NCBI GenBank assembly: GCA_976226885.1
Contig: OZ320313.1
Location: 156,612,001-156,676,000, forward strand
Source: Iphione sp. A-MEVVRFRX5
Lineage: Eukaryota
DNA length: 64,000 bases
Direction of reading: 5' to 3'
A program made the translations under genes and the position numbers. Within the stretch, counting starts at the first letter, position 1. Every line of letters starts with the position of its first letter. The notes under the pieces are model-generated. The model worked only from the letters and a program-made list of their open reading frames with translations. It was not told where the DNA came from and did no database searches. Shown piece by piece: positions 1-14,368 of the stretch.

Positions 1-430
1 GGCGATCTTTAAAATTGGACTTCCACGTAGAACCTGCCGCCAAATCATGCTTTGGATTTTTATGCTGTATTGATTTGAATTCTGCACCACCAACCTTTGT
101 TTGCGACTAGCTATCCATCATTTAGATATACTCGCACGGCCGGATAGAAGAGGGTAGAGCCATAGACCAACAGATTGGTCTATCCGTGCCAATTTGCGCT
201 AAAACCTCCGTCCCTGTTCTATAAACAAGGGCATAATTAGATACCCAGCCGACTTCCCCTGGCAGTTTCCTTATATGTACACGTATTCCGAGGCCTCTGA
301 GTGGTTATTCTGGCCAACGTGTTGAAATACCTAAAACATACAATGGGTCCTGTTTTACATATGTATTTTGCATATGTATGTACCAATTTATTCATACACA
401 TTAGCATATATCCTCCAATGCAAGGCTTTT

Positions 431-471
431 GGTTGACGTTGAGGTTCTGGTTGACGTTGAGGTTCTGGTTG
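431..471. repeat. 18-bp tandem repeat (GGTTGACGTTGAGGTTCT x about 2.3)
   Basis: Two exact copies at 431-448 and 449-466 plus partial GGTTG, read directly. Confidence 0.9.
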
Positions 472-1071
472 CATCCTTTTCGTTTTTAGTGAAGGTTACA
501 GGCCATGGCCTATTTATGTTTATAGTCAATGTCTATTGCCCCATGCATTGATAATTAGCAACCTGCAGACGCGCTTTGAACCATGATCGATAAGTAAGAT
601 GAAAGCAAGTTCGCGTCACAATTTTTGACAGGACATTCAATGCCTTATTTAATGTTTATCTCGTCAAATTATAAAAGATAATATATGGTTATGAACATAA
701 ATTGAAAAACGTAACAAAACATAGCGTTTCACATATACTCTGAAACCTTCAAAACTTTGTCTCGCACTGACCGAAGTATAAAAAACAATGCTCAATATTC
801 TTTCACAATTCCTAGTACTCATTAGTTATTTATAAGTTGTTCGACATTCACCGAACTACACGGTTTGTGGTATAGTAGACATGCCGATAATATCATTCAT
901 ATCAACAAGTACAGCAATATACAGGTGATCCAACATGCCGTCAAGATAATTGCTTCACCGCCTACCATTTGCAGTAATCCCTCTATATTCCAACACCGCC
1001 CTACTCCAGCACTCACGCTGTTCAAGGCAAACCTTCTTGCTAGTGAATTATTTTATAATGGGACAAGCGCC

Positions 1072-1262
1072 NNNNNNNNNNNNNNNNNNNNNNNNNNNNN
1101 NNNNNNNNNNNNNNNNNNNNNNNNNNNNNNNNNNNNNNNNNNNNNNNNNNNNNNNNNNNNNNNNNNNNNNNNNNNNNNNNNNNNNNNNNNNNNNNNNNNN
1201 NNNNNNNNNNNNNNNNNNNNNNNNNNNNNNNNNNNNNNNNNNNNNNNNNNNNNNNNNNNNNN
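1072..1262. other. Assembly gap (191 N)
   Basis: Run of N. ORFs crossing it are artefacts. Confidence 0.99.
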
Positions 1263-1270
1263 TCGCCACT

Positions 1271-1288
1271 GCCGCCGCCGCCGCCGCC
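1271..1288 (+). repeat. (GCC)6 trinucleotide repeat next to the gap
   Basis: gccgccgccgccgccgcc read directly; the left gap flank also ends in GCGCC. Confidence 0.9.
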
Positions 1289-4200
1289 ACCACCTCCTCT
1301 TTCTCGGTCAAGTGGCACAGAACACATTTTGATTGGCTAGTGGACTCCAGAGGTCAAATGGTGAATAAGGTCATATTGACAATATCCCTACTCTAACTGA
1401 AAAAGTAGTGCAGATCTTCCCATTCACCACAAATGATAATCTCTTTCCATGCTCAAAATATGGATAGAAATTTTTCTTCCTTAATCAAGTTTCCCTAGAT
1501 ATGCTTCAATAAGATAATTAGTGTACTTCTCTGAATTAACAGTACTATGAGATGAGACTTCATGGTGACGGACTACTTTCAGGAGACGTTTTTAATAGGT
1601 AGTGTAAAAACACCTGCTCTTTGCAGGAAAAATCTTTTGTCACCAGGCAGTATTACAATAGCAAGCGTCGGCTGTATAAGCTCTTTTAAAAGTTTAGATA
1701 TATGACACGCTGGAAAATGTCCACTACATGGGAGACGTCATTTATTTTACAGACGACAATGACCAGATTATAATGTACATGTATACTGTTGGGGAAAATG
1801 CACAGAAAATGAAAACAAGTAATAAATCTCCGGACAAAATTGAAAATCATGACACCCAGTGAATAGAAACACTTAAATGTCAGCCTCCAGACCGATGCAA
1901 CATCTCCCATAATGTTTTCGCATAAAAGTAAGAAACTTAAAATAAATAATATAATTGAGCTATCTACTGGGGGCTTGGATTTTGGCTAACCTCCACCTGT
2001 CTTTGGGTCTTGGTGTAATTGAAAACTTTGTACAGTTAGGGGCTATTCACATGCGTACATATTTTCAAGCTCCGTTTCTAGATGCAGGAGCACATTTCTT
2101 TCCAGCCTTCTATTAACATCACTATCATTCAGATGTGTGCAGACTTCGCCATGTCTGGATGTGGATGACGACACATATATCAATCTGAAATAATCAGGTT
2201 TTCTCTGCATCCATATGCAGATCCCATAGGAAGCAAAAATAAAGTACATCTGGTTAGTATGTGAGTGATTAAAATATGGAAACTACATGGAGTACATACA
2301 CTTCCAGACATGTAGACATATTCTTTGTAAGGATGCATGTGAGTAGCCGTTAGTAGCTATAGACGAACGTTCATGACTACGCAAGGGTATATAGCTACGA
2401 TAGATCTTTTTGAGTGCAGCAGTCAAAGAGAAATAACCTTGGGCAATATTCAAACCTCACAGGGATGGGTCAATATTATCATTTTAAACAAATACATAAA
2501 TCTTTGCCTATATGTCAAAACTAAGGTATGAACAAGTGAATCTAGAGACCGTATATAATATGTTTGGCGATGATCTGCAAATAAATCGTGTCAGATATAT
2601 GAGATGAAGAATACAGGTCCTAGGACAAGTAAATGTTTCATGGGCATCGGCCAATTTCAAAATCACAATCCCCCCCACTTGGCTACTAAAAAGCAGATGT
2701 ATTCAGCAGAAGAATCCACGAGCATTGAATTGTAAAACAGTCACCATAGCAATTTTATGAAGCTGCAAACGGTTCTTCTTGCGATAATCAGAGCCACAAA
2801 TTGTGTATCACCAAGCAAACGGACCTTCCTGAGAATCGAGTTCCACACTTCTGCAAAGCCCGAGTCCAGCACAATATGACCAATACGTGAAGTTGGCCAA
2901 CCATTTTTTCACACATGTATTATATTAGCCGTTTACAAGTAGAAGTTCTAATCGCTATGAAATCGTTTGAACATTGCATAATCTACCCAGTGCGCTTATG
3001 TGTACAAATGTGTATCTGTTGTACAAAATATGCGACGGTAAACGAAAGCAAAAGAATATTTGATTTAAGAACACTGGAATAAATGGTGTTATGGAGATAG
3101 ACCTTTCACCTTTGAGACATGACATCCATGAATATTACTGGAAGCCTGAAACTACGTCTTACCTTTACACATACGATAGCTTCGAACTGCACGACGGATA
3201 TCAGTGACTTCTTACATCCGAACACATTTGGTCAAGGTGTAGGTGACTTACCCCTCTGAGAAAGTCGTAGGTCGTTCTGGGTGGCGACTACGGGTATGTA
3301 CAGTTAAGTGTATTTGCGCCCGATGGAAAGATTTCGCGCCACTTCTTAGACTAATGTTTGATCAGAGAAGGTGTTCTGTGTGGTAGCGCCGAACGAGCGT
3401 ACAAGGTGAGGACAAAAATGCCGTTTACTTGTCTACGAACATACATTATGATGGCAACACGGTCCTACCGTTGAACTCTGTGAGTGTCGGTTTTTTCCAA
3501 ATCACGAACTGTGAATTTAATTGTAATCGTGGATGAGAAGTAAGGATTCATGATGGGACGGAGGGGAAAAAGTACCTTTTATACTGCAAAATGTCTTTCA
3601 GAAAAAAATAAAAGTACATCATTAGGCAAGCTGCGACTTATTAATATCTGTATCTACGTGTTTTTAATGTCTAATAAGAAACGCTTTCATCATGAATGAT
3701 CAAGGAAATCTCGACCATGATCTATCCTCAAGGTAACTGAAACAAACAGAGGTGAAATGCACCTCGGGCGTGATATTGTTTTCACAACTGGAATTTGGCA
3801 TGTACCTGGGATATAAACAGTAGGTTACACCGTTAGTTCTCTTTGCGGTGGATTGCCGTTTTATGACATACAGTCGGTGTGGTACCTTCAGATGGTAGGT
3901 TTGTCCCAAATGGGAACCATAAAACCAACTACCTACAAATCGGCAGTACTTCGGGAGGCCTTTGAGCTATTTTATTACTGCCATCGAGACGTTTCATTGC
4001 TTGATTCAAAGACGGAGAAGCATGATTGGAGATGGGAGACGTTTCCCTATCCATATAAATGTAAAGGGAGTAATTTTTTAAGGAGAATAAAATCGTAACT
4101 ACACGATCTGGCTCCATATTTTAGGCCATCGACTGCATTAAATACACAAGTACAGGAGATACAGTCTATTGGTTATATATGCAAACTCAATATGCACGCA

Positions 4201-5522
4201 TGTATGGCTAAGCACAATAAATGTAGAAGAACTATACAGTATATACTTCTTGCTTTCATAAAGTATCCATTGTTTCAGACGGACCCGGGAATGTTTATCA
4301 TAATCTGTTCAATAACTTGGTTAGGGTTACCAAGATATGAGACTGGTGTTGTTTGTCCCCAGTCAAGTCCATTTTCCAGTACGTAAAGCACAATATTCAC
4401 ATTCATGATACGTTGAAGTTTGGTCGGCATTATTCCAAAACATTCTTGATGGAATCGAGGCACGTATCGATGGACAATGCAAAATGTAGCAGTGGCGACT
4501 ACAGAGTACATAACAATGTTCTGATAATAAAGACGCGTTCCTATTATGGGCTTCGTTTTGTATATAACAAATAGAATTTTGTTCTTCGCAAACATTAGAG
4601 GCTCGTCCAAGTTGTAGTCATATCTGTAAGGTGGAATTTCTATTGTACTGAAGATTCCCAAGATCATTTTACACCCGGGTATTAATACTAAATTGATTGA
4701 GTACCGCATTTTAAGTGCAGACATTCTGGGTAATTAAGAAGTCCATGCATACACTTCATTAATAAGATACTGTCAGAAGTACTCCTCTGATATGTTCACA
4801 AAACATGGGTTATCTGAGGCTACTCACTAACCTCACTGGCTTTAGACTGGAGGACCCACCCGATCCAGGAACTTTCTACAAGTTCTTCACCTTTTTGTCA
4901 GGTAGTTTTGCTACCTCTCCTGGTCCCAGTTTATGCACCTTACATAAGATTTTATGAGCGTTTATAAGAACCTATCGACCATCTTCGGAAAAACTTTATT
5001 ATTGATCAATGTACACGGGTAAGAAAACGATAGTAATGTCAAAAGGAAGAAAATAGTGGTGTGATATACATGTGTACATGTGATGGTATGGTGACCTTGT
5101 CAGACTCACCATCTTTCTATCTATCAGACGATCACCTGTCTCGTCAAACACTAGAATTTAATAAATATTATGTCATTAACATCAACATTTACTCTAAATT
5201 CCAACGATTACGTCAATACAAGTGAGATTTCACATGAATGGACAGTATTTGAGAACTTGCAGTAGAGCACATCGTAAGTATGAATTACATGCACTAAGGA
5301 ACCCAAACCATTGAAGAAGACAGTGCCATGGTGATGTATATAGGTTCCTTCGATACTAACAACAATGATCTATTACGACATATATACATATGTAGATATA
5401 AAACTTATATAATAATATGTATTTCCCTAATTCAGCTTGGATATGAGGACCTTAACAGCAGTGATACATAATGGTTAGATTACCTATTAGTAGGCATACT
5501 TATCGAAATTGTTGCTAGATGA

Positions 5523-5874
5523 GGCCCAAAAAAATATAGGTGTGTTTCTGGTAACCCATCCCTACCTAGTAAAACCTCACTCTACCTAAAAATTTTTTGG
5601 CCCCAAAGAGTTTTGAAGGCTGAATTTCCTTAAATTTGTGATTTCATAGCACTTGTTTTTGGTAAATTCAGTAGAAAAACAAGAAAATCCATGGAAATTC
5701 AGCAAAGAACTGTAAAATACATCAAATCGGTCAAAATTCTCCATATCATCTTTGTTATTATTGAAAACCAGAGGGAGAAAGTGGACAAAAAAATTAGAAA
5801 AAAAAAGATACCCCCCTTCCCTACCTAGGTTTTTGGTGGACCGTTACCAGAAACACACCTATTTTTTTTGGGCC
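5523..5874 (+). mobile_element. MITE, family A copy 1 (PIF/Harbinger-like, 352 bp)
   Basis: About 32-bp TIRs GGCCCAAAAAAATATAGGTGTGTTTCTGGTAAC / GTTACCAGAAACACACCTATTTTTTTTGGGCC (one indel). 3-bp duplication TGA at 5520-5522 and 5875-5877. No coding capacity. Superfamily inferred from GG termini and the 3-bp TNA TSD. Confidence 0.88.
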
Positions 5875-8800
5875 TGAACAATTTAGAGCATGTTTTCTGT
5901 AAATGCTCAACATGTGCAGTGCTTCTTTTCGGGCCTTTGACATCTATAGGTAGAGAATTAAGTCATCTAAACACTCCCCCAATAAGTGACGATTGTTTAA
6001 GCAAGTTCTAGTTAAGGTTGGGCAGTGGGTGTACACTTACTGGTTGTATCCCTCACTTTTCCAATCCTCCTTTGACTTATTACCTTTCTTTTAATAAGAG
6101 TCAAACTAATGTTATTGCCTCCACAAAGATAAAGAATTCCTTAACCCAGGGACGAGCCATCTTGTTTACAGCTGCTTGTTACTCTACCATTATTTTCTCT
6201 AACTCTGTAAACTGCCATACAGGCGTTACAGAATATATGCAGAGGCTCACCCCCCCCCCCTTTGGTGTATGACAGGATCCGAATATTGCTGCAGAAGAGA
6301 GATATGATCAGGACCGTGAACAGAAGTATGCCACTGGGTGCCGTTGAAGTTTCCCTAGATTAAGTCATCGTGTCACCCTGTTCTAAAATATATTACCAAT
6401 GTCACTTCTAACATCTCGTTCATATCACAAAGGAAATGCGTCCTGTCCTCTTCCGTTAAAGGGATGAAGAAATTTCCTCCTTAAAACCCTTTTCTATGTC
6501 TGAAAGCCATCATTAGTGAACGTTTTCCCCGCGTAAATATTCCATATTGGTATTGATTATGTCACAGTATGCACGTCCAAATGTATTGGGGAAGGGACAA
6601 CTGGAGTAGCTGATAATAGGGAAACCCGAAGACACATTGAGTCGTTCCCTTTAGACTCCCATCTGTTGGGGTAGGGGTCTCTATGGTGAGGTCAGACTAC
6701 AAGCGAGGACATGGCAAAGTGGGACAATTGATGACTGCAGTTCAGGCAATTGCCACTGGAGTAAAGACCGGGACACTCCATAGAGGGTTTTCCCTATGTC
6801 GAAATATATGGGAAATAAATAGATTGCTCACGCAGCGTTACTTCCAAGTAAATGAACACTAATCAGCGAGCATTATCACTCGCCTGATGTTGCGGTCGTT
6901 ACCGCTATATTGTGTATTTGGAGCCAGACAGTGTTCCATCAATATCCACTATGTTCTTGCGAAGACCTCTTGTTTCCACAGTACTCCCGCCCCACACCAG
7001 CGAGTCTTCCTTTTTTGATACCAACGATACAGAGCGCCGCCTATCCACAGAGCTTGATTCAATTCCAGCGCTGATCACGTGCTCAACAGGCCGCCGGTTC
7101 ATTGGACAGTCTACTCCCGGGCTTTGTGTTTACGTAGAAGGCCTAAAGTAATGCCGTATGCAGGACGTCAAGACAAAATATTTTCCTTGATGTCAGAGGG
7201 CTAATCTTGTACGCCGTGGTTGTATAGAAGAGGCTGGTGAAGAATGAGAGACCACATGCAGCGAGGAAGCAAGGCCCCCCCATTGATGCTAGGACTTCTT
7301 CAGCAGAGCCAGGCTAGCTGCCCGTAGTATTGGTGTGCTTTTGTACATGTTACAACTGGAGTAGCCTACATGAGCTGGCGATTTATCTACTGGCATTTGT
7401 ACGTCGACTTCTTTTTCTATGCTATTTTAATACGAAACAGATACGAAACAGATATGTTGTGTCAGTCGAATCAGACCCAATCCACATGAATTATAATGCT
7501 TATGGCTTAGACGCATGGACACAGGTAAAGGATTTCCAGGTTGATTTACACACCATATTAGTTTACAGGATGGAGTAAATATTAACCTTCTAAACCTCCA
7601 AAACATGACTACACAGGAGTGTTTCGTAATGTTCCTGTGCTCGACTGAAACTATGTATATAGGCTAGCGTGTTATTTGTAACGCCGTCCACAACTCATTT
7701 ATTTAGAACTCTGATCGAAATGGCAGCGTTTTCACTGTAGTCCTACATTGTGCGTCACACGAGGTAAAACTAAAAATGCGGCATTCATTTTGGCAAGTCG
7801 GTCGATGCTGGCATTGCTGGTTTTTTGGTGATTTATTCCCGGTAGTTCAACTGAAATGGCCGAGGAATGAATAAGACGCATTCATAGTGGAGTCACCGCA
7901 TAAAGAATACATCCTGACTCAGATCCATGCATTCTGGCATTGGTGAATTCTCTTGTACTAGAAGAACGTATTTTTTTGTTGCCCGGACACGATACCACGG
8001 GGTGATGAATGGAAAGTTGATGGTGCCAGAGAAGGTAAAATGGATCTTAAGTTTTTATTGGGAGTGCCCATTAACCACAGAAGTACTCCAGTAGCTCCCT
8101 GACAGAGTCAAGTAGACATTTATCGTTCTTTGAGGGTAAACACGAATCAATATTTGAACGAAAGAGTCGGCCTTCATTCCTGTGAGTGCGCGCGTTGCAA
8201 GTGAGTTTTTCAGACAGAGGTTCCTTACCTAGTGCAAAATGGAATTTTCGCTGAAGACTTTTGGAATCCAATGTTACTAGTGACCGTACTGTAGTCTCTA
8301 GAATTTTTGTGCAAGGATGTAATAAAGGTTTTAATAAGATTTCTCTGACCGCATTTTCTAACAATTCGATCGGAACACCATGAAATTTTAGCCCAAGGCA
8401 AGACAAGTGCTTCACATCAGTTAGTTTCTAGTCCTATCTCACATGTAGACAGTATTCATCTAAACAAACCGCTCTCCTCTATGAGATTGAAAGGAATTAA
8501 AGTGGCCGTACTAGTACCAGTCCCTACATAAAATCATGGACCTTGTCCAGTCTGAAACTAAGGGCTGGTATTCCAGATGGTTGTTTGCAATAAGACCAGA
8601 CTACGAGCGCCTGTAGTGTAAATCGGGCTGAGCGCCTTGGCCGGGAGTAGATTGGAGGTGTGGGCGGCCACCACGCAGCAGGCAGGTGGGCAAGGTAAGG
8701 TAGTGAAGGGTATCACCTTCCTCCTCTGGGGTGTATGCCGGCCGACAGGTAGACCAGGGGTTATCTGTGGTGAAAAAGACCCCCTCCAGGTGTGCTACTC

Positions 8801-11800
8801 ACCTGTCAGACACCATTCTTTTTCAGCCTGGCGCAGATAGGATGAGGTAAAGGGACCAACTAAAGCTGAAACAGGTTGGCAATGGCGGAGAATTTAGTAA
8901 AATTAGCAGACGATTAAATACCCTCAGCTTTTTCCCAAGAGTTCCAGATACAAGTAATGTGTAGACGTGTATTTTTTCTAAAGCTGTTCATTCACAGCAC
9001 GATGTTTACAACTATCTTCAAGAACATATTTTATTTCGGTGAATCATTGATTTAACTTCTTAAGTAGTGTGTTCAGTTGCCTTTGAATCGTTGCATTTGA
9101 GTCTCTTTAATACATGCATTTAAGTTATATTGGCTCCAATAGGAAATTAGACAATAGATTCCATAACAGGCTGCCTGTACATATAATTGACGCCTGTGTT
9201 GAAAGGCGCAGTTTAACATTTTCAATTTTGTAAGTATTAGAATCTGAAATAGCTTATTTACTCCAGTGGTGCTTCTGGAACAGGAATTGCAGAGTATCTT
9301 TTTGTGACATGAGTAAACAAGTGTTACGTAAGAATTACATAGCTGTCATTATATATAAGGTGTGATGTCATGCTGAATAAACAGACATTCTCTCCCTGTA
9401 CTCAGAGAGAGAGACGCCCAGTGGAGTTCTGCACTTGGGGTGAACCAGATTTCTCTGTGTGGACATTTTCATTTCATAAAACTCTTCTGGACCATATTCA
9501 ACTCGTCATCAGACCAGGGTCACATCACACTATTATATCATCAATTAAAACCACCAAGAGGTGACTATCTAAATGTAACATTCCGCAGCTGTTGTGATAC
9601 GGTATATTGTGAATAGCGCACTAGCGAGCATGGACCAGTCAAGTACATGTTGGATACATAGAGTCATATCCTTCTACCTCGGTAGATTCCCTGCCCGTTG
9701 TCTGCCAAGTAGCCAACTTCTGCCAGTCTTGAAATGCCCGATAAATTTGCCATAATTGAAGATAGTGCGGTAAAGTGTGGTGATACTCACAAAAAAAGCC
9801 ATTCTAACCAGTCTGCAAGGGCAAGCTGGTTGATATCTGAGGATTTACGGTTCGATGATTACTCATGAGAGACAAAGGTAGAAAAATTGTGTAAAGAGGC
9901 TGTCCCAGGAGGTACTGATCGGTTTGCATTTAATGAATTGCAGTACATCTCAGCAGGCCTCTTGCTTTTTTAATGAAACATCTCATCGCCAGTCTAGTTA
10001 AATGAGTTCATGCATGGTTTCATTCACACATGTATATAAGTATATATGATCATAAAGGTGGAGCTGTAATGGACGGATAGCATTACATTTATAGCTAATG
10101 CACAATACTAAACGTACGCTCTGAACAAGTCACTCAAGCCTGGTCTTCATGCATAAAACCTGTATACATTTTTTTATATTTTTCAAGGAGCGTAGGCGCA
10201 AAAGAACGTGTATTATTTTCTTCACAAATGCCAATTCCTTATCGATATATGATATGTTCAGGATATCTATCACAGCTCACAGCAATTGTTTTATGTGTAC
10301 CATTAGTATATGCTTCGTGCACCTTGCCATTATATTTGTTTTATGCATAATATATGGGATATCACTACGTAAGAAATGAATAATTGGTCATTTAAATTCA
10401 ATAATCCACCAGCATGAACAGCATGACCTACACATATATTAGAATTCAGAACTGTTCCATTTGAAACAAAGTAACACGAGTAACCGCATGTGAGTCCTGT
10501 TTCAGGCAGGTAGGAAACACAAGGTATTCTCCCTGGCGGCACGGAGCAGGTATCGGGTCACCCAGTAAGGGAGACGCCGAGAATCGAGTTCGCCCCTCAG
10601 GGGAGCGGTTATGTCCCATATGTCAGTGATGTCAGTCAAGGTGGCTGACGATTCAACGAGACCGTAAGTCTTGTCCTCTCCACAAGACACCCCTCTATGT
10701 GGTCCCTAATTAGGCATGACGTGCACAGGCTAAGAAAGCCATCCACACTGGAGAAAAAAATGTGTCGACTGATTTCGCCATCAAGCTGTATATTTCCAGC
10801 AACGACCAGACCAACGTGAAGAATAGATAAACCTGTTTCTGTCATCTCCAATATGTCGTTCGTTGTGGGGAGTAGTGAGTGCTAGCTTTGCCTACGGCAC
10901 ATGCACCTGGATGATGTGTTAGGTCTGCCTTTCTGCAGAGTTCATTATACGTGTGCACCGAAACATTTGATATTGAGTGGTTTTACCAACCGCCCGTTTC
11001 AGAGTACAGCTGTGGATAGCCGTTGACTAGGAAAACAAAAAAAGAGCATTGTATGTATCCTGAACATTTCTGCTGTATGCCCGAGTGCGTGTCAGTGTGT
11101 GAGAGAGAACAGACAGAGGTATATAGAGAGATAATGGAGTGTGTGTACTTCTATTACGTTTCCAGTTCAAAAGTCAGGTTGTATTTGTCCACCTCTATTG
11201 CATTCAGGATAGACGATGGCTGTACGCCTAACAATCTCTCTTGTATGTCGTCTCCATGCGAACAATCGAAACAACGGCATGGACAATTGTACTGCAGGTG
11301 GGTGTTGTAACCCTGATTTTACACTCGGCCATATTTTATGTGACCTTCTACAGTAACCCCCATTAAACCTAATAGCCATAGAGGTTCCCCCGAAAGCTTG
11401 TGATTTGTGCCTAGCCGTATTGAACGGACGAAGCACCACTGACAGGAGGGCCAGGAGGGCATAACGTTGGCAGGTGAAGGGCAGCTTCAGGTGCTATGGA
11501 TAATGAATGTAAGTGCAGGTATCAAGATCGCTACAAGCCACACAACCAATTAAGCATCGACATAAATCTCTTATATTTAATAAAGAGACGCCAGTTCTTC
11601 AAGTGATGAGTAAATTATCTATTCAACTTAAAATTGGGATATTCTAGGGATATTTTTTGGAAAGAGACTTTCATCTTTCAAAAACGTTTCATGAAAACTA
11701 CCAGAATTACGCAGATCGAATAAGCAAAATCTTATGGCCACTGCCTACATGAAATAGGTACTAAAATCTCATATAGAACTACGTAGATCCGTATAACCTT

Positions 11801-12437
11801 TCAAATTACAGTGTTTCAACTATCCCCGTGCTTCTATTATATCATGATTTCACTATCATTTTAAAGCTGTTCGCTAAATTGTGTTTCAATTGTGAATTTA
11901 ATTTCACATTTCACTAGATGATATATATATAGTACATCCGCTCCCAAAGTGTGCTAAACGATGCCCGTATTGTTCTGACGGCGGTGGGTATGCGGACATT
12001 GGCCAACAGCTATGCCGAAGGCGGCAAATGTATTTCACCTGGGCAACGTTCTAAGGGAAGAAACTATTAATAAATGATATGAAAGGCCTCGGGAAAGTCA
12101 AGCGCAAAGGGGAAGGGCGTGAGGGAGCCTTGTCTATTCACCCACGTCATCTATGTTTAACAAGACCATGACCTTCAAGTTCCCTTCGGTAAAAGATATC
12201 TCACTTTAGAGGTGGTACTTGTGAACAGTTGTGTCGAAAGGTCCAAGGCAAAGATCCACCAATCAACCGCTCTTCGAAGGCCATAGACGTCAGGAAAATG
12301 TATGAACTACACAGTAAGTTATCAGCGAGTATTAATCAATTTCTGGGGAAACCTACATCAAAAAAAAGAGTCTTGCAGAGAGTACCGGATGGGTATATAA
12401 ATGCAGTCCAAAATCATACCTAAAGATAGCACTTCAG

Positions 12438-12479
12438 ATTATCTTCACATTCTTAACCACCGACTTGAACCTACCAGAG
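12438..12479 (+). other. Candidate 42-nt cassette exon
   Basis: CTTCAG acceptor and consensus CAGAG|GTAAGT donor. Length is divisible by 3 and two frames are open (IIFTFLTTDLNLPE; DYLHILNHRLEPTR). No homology recognised. Confidence 0.15.
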
Positions 12480-13432
12480 GTAAGTGCAGCAGCCAATATG
12501 GAGCCACGCGAGTGACATTTAAGCGGAGGCTGGAGCGCTGCGGCCTGTGGTGACCGCGGGACCTTCGTCTACCCGACGTTAAGCTACGAAGGCACGACAA
12601 ACCTTGACGCTAATACAAAACATACTGCCCAAGTCCCAACCTGCAAGGCTTTTTTGTTTTTCGCTAGGGACGAAGCGGAAAATCCGCCTGCTGACAAGAC
12701 ATGGTCATTCGTAATTTGTGAAAGTATATTTTAGTTTATTGAAACGTGATGCCTACTTTCCTCCTAAAATACATCCTTAATTCAAAACGTGTATACGGGG
12801 ATAAGCAAAGAATAACTCGACAGGAAATTTCTGACACCTCCGGAAAGAAGTTGTCGGAAACGTCAGGAAATGTATGATTGTAACCATGTGTTGTACGCCT
12901 GAAGCATGTGCAAGTTTTCCTTGGTTCCTCCATGCCATACGCAAGCCTGCTTCACATTTTGTTACTTTAGACTAAAAAGAATATAAGTATATCTTTTATG
13001 TTTTGTCCGGCACGATCGACTAAATGACTGAGGAATAACTTTCAGTCAGCATAAAGGGTTCAGACAAATGGTATTTTCTTTTTGAACTGCATGTAAAAGC
13101 AATTTAGTCATACATCTTTGCAGGATCATAGATACAATATCACATTTTAGGAATCGATGGATTGCACACTGATGATCGAAGATGTGTATTGATGCTTTAA
13201 CAAACAGGATTTTTTGTCATATAAAATTCAGTCCATAAGCGTCCATTGAGGCTTTTCCGAAAGAAAAGTTTTAAAATTCATACCGATCACAGTGTTTTCG
13301 CAGCTGAGACGACCAGGTACATTTAGTTCCTCTGGACTGAGAATCCATCCCCTAGTCATATTGCTGCTGCCTGAGAAGGGAAGGAATGGCGCGCACGAGT
13401 CATAAACCTCTACAGGCGTTCTCTACCCCCAT

Positions 13433-13539
13433 CCGTTAGGGGGCAGGTGTGCGGTCACTGCTGGCGACCAGGTGGTGCTGCAGATGTGGTCGAGATCTTT
13501 TGGTCGAGAGTGCCAGGAGTACATCACCTGCAGCAGCTG
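13433..13539. promoter_or_regulatory. E-box cluster with overlapping CTCF-like motif (putative enhancer)
   Basis: CAGGTG 13444, CAGGTG 13469, CAGATG 13481, CACCTG 13525, CAGCTG 13534; CCGTTAGGGGGCAG at 13433-13446. Confidence 0.4.
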
Positions 13540-14368
13540 GGGCTCATCCCATCCCTGGCTGCATTAATCCTTTAAATGGACCTTACATTTCGTCTTTTGA
13601 TTTAGACCTTTCCGGAAACCGAGAGTAGATGTTCAGTTTAATGGGGAAAAGACCATTTTTAACAACGTTGTGTCTAAGCAACAGCTAAAGGATAAGATAT
13701 TAGGCTGGTACACTTTGAAACATTATTGATACTGACAATCGTAGTACATGTACATGTATGTAATTGGGTGATTGCCGTCACTCGTAGTGAAAAAATATCA
13801 TTGCGAAATACACACAGTTGAGGGGAAAGTAAAATACGCCGAAGATGCTGCTCAGTAAGGTTAACATACGTCCAGAAGGCACAGGTTCCAGCATTTTTAA
13901 GGGCAACAGCTATGCACACCTTCAAAAGTCTTTACACAAACAGCTTTCTGTGAGCATTTCTAGGATTGATTACTCACCGAATCCAATTTCCTTCTCTGAA
14001 TACAAGCGACCAAAGAAAATTTTGAAATCTTTTTGTTACTGTCAATGAAATGACGAACAGTCAGTCTGTATCGATTTGTGAGGTTTGCGATAAGAAACAA
14101 TGAGAGCAAGGCGAATTCGATGTATGGTTTGTAGGAGGAAAAATCAATGTCCAAATCTCGCATGAGACTGGCAACCTGGCAACCTCTGTATGTGTAATGC
14201 GTTGGCTGATGAACTTAGTATGGACTACGCCAGAGGATGCCTTCATGTTCTCAGATGGGAAGTACACACATCCAACATCATAAAAGAATAGATTCCATAG
14301 TGTAATGAAATCACAAGATCAAGATACATATGGTGCAAATGTGTTCGTCAATACCTTGGGTGTCCTTA

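Noticed and set aside
865-1396. ORFs of 87-155 aa at the start of the window
   Set aside because: Their length comes from the N gap; the real residues show no recognisable protein.
4275-4724. 149-aa minus-strand ORF
   Set aside because: AT-rich, no domain recognised, no convincing splice sites; consistent with a chance ORF.
6905-7102. Protein-looking minus ORF (RRRSVS...)
   Set aside because: The nearest good acceptor gives an in-frame stop and the end has no donor; unrecognised.
6597-7367. Shared 14-mer ACAACTGGAGTAGC at about 6598 and 7353
   Set aside because: Several 14-mer matches are expected by chance in 64 kb, and the flanks do not extend.
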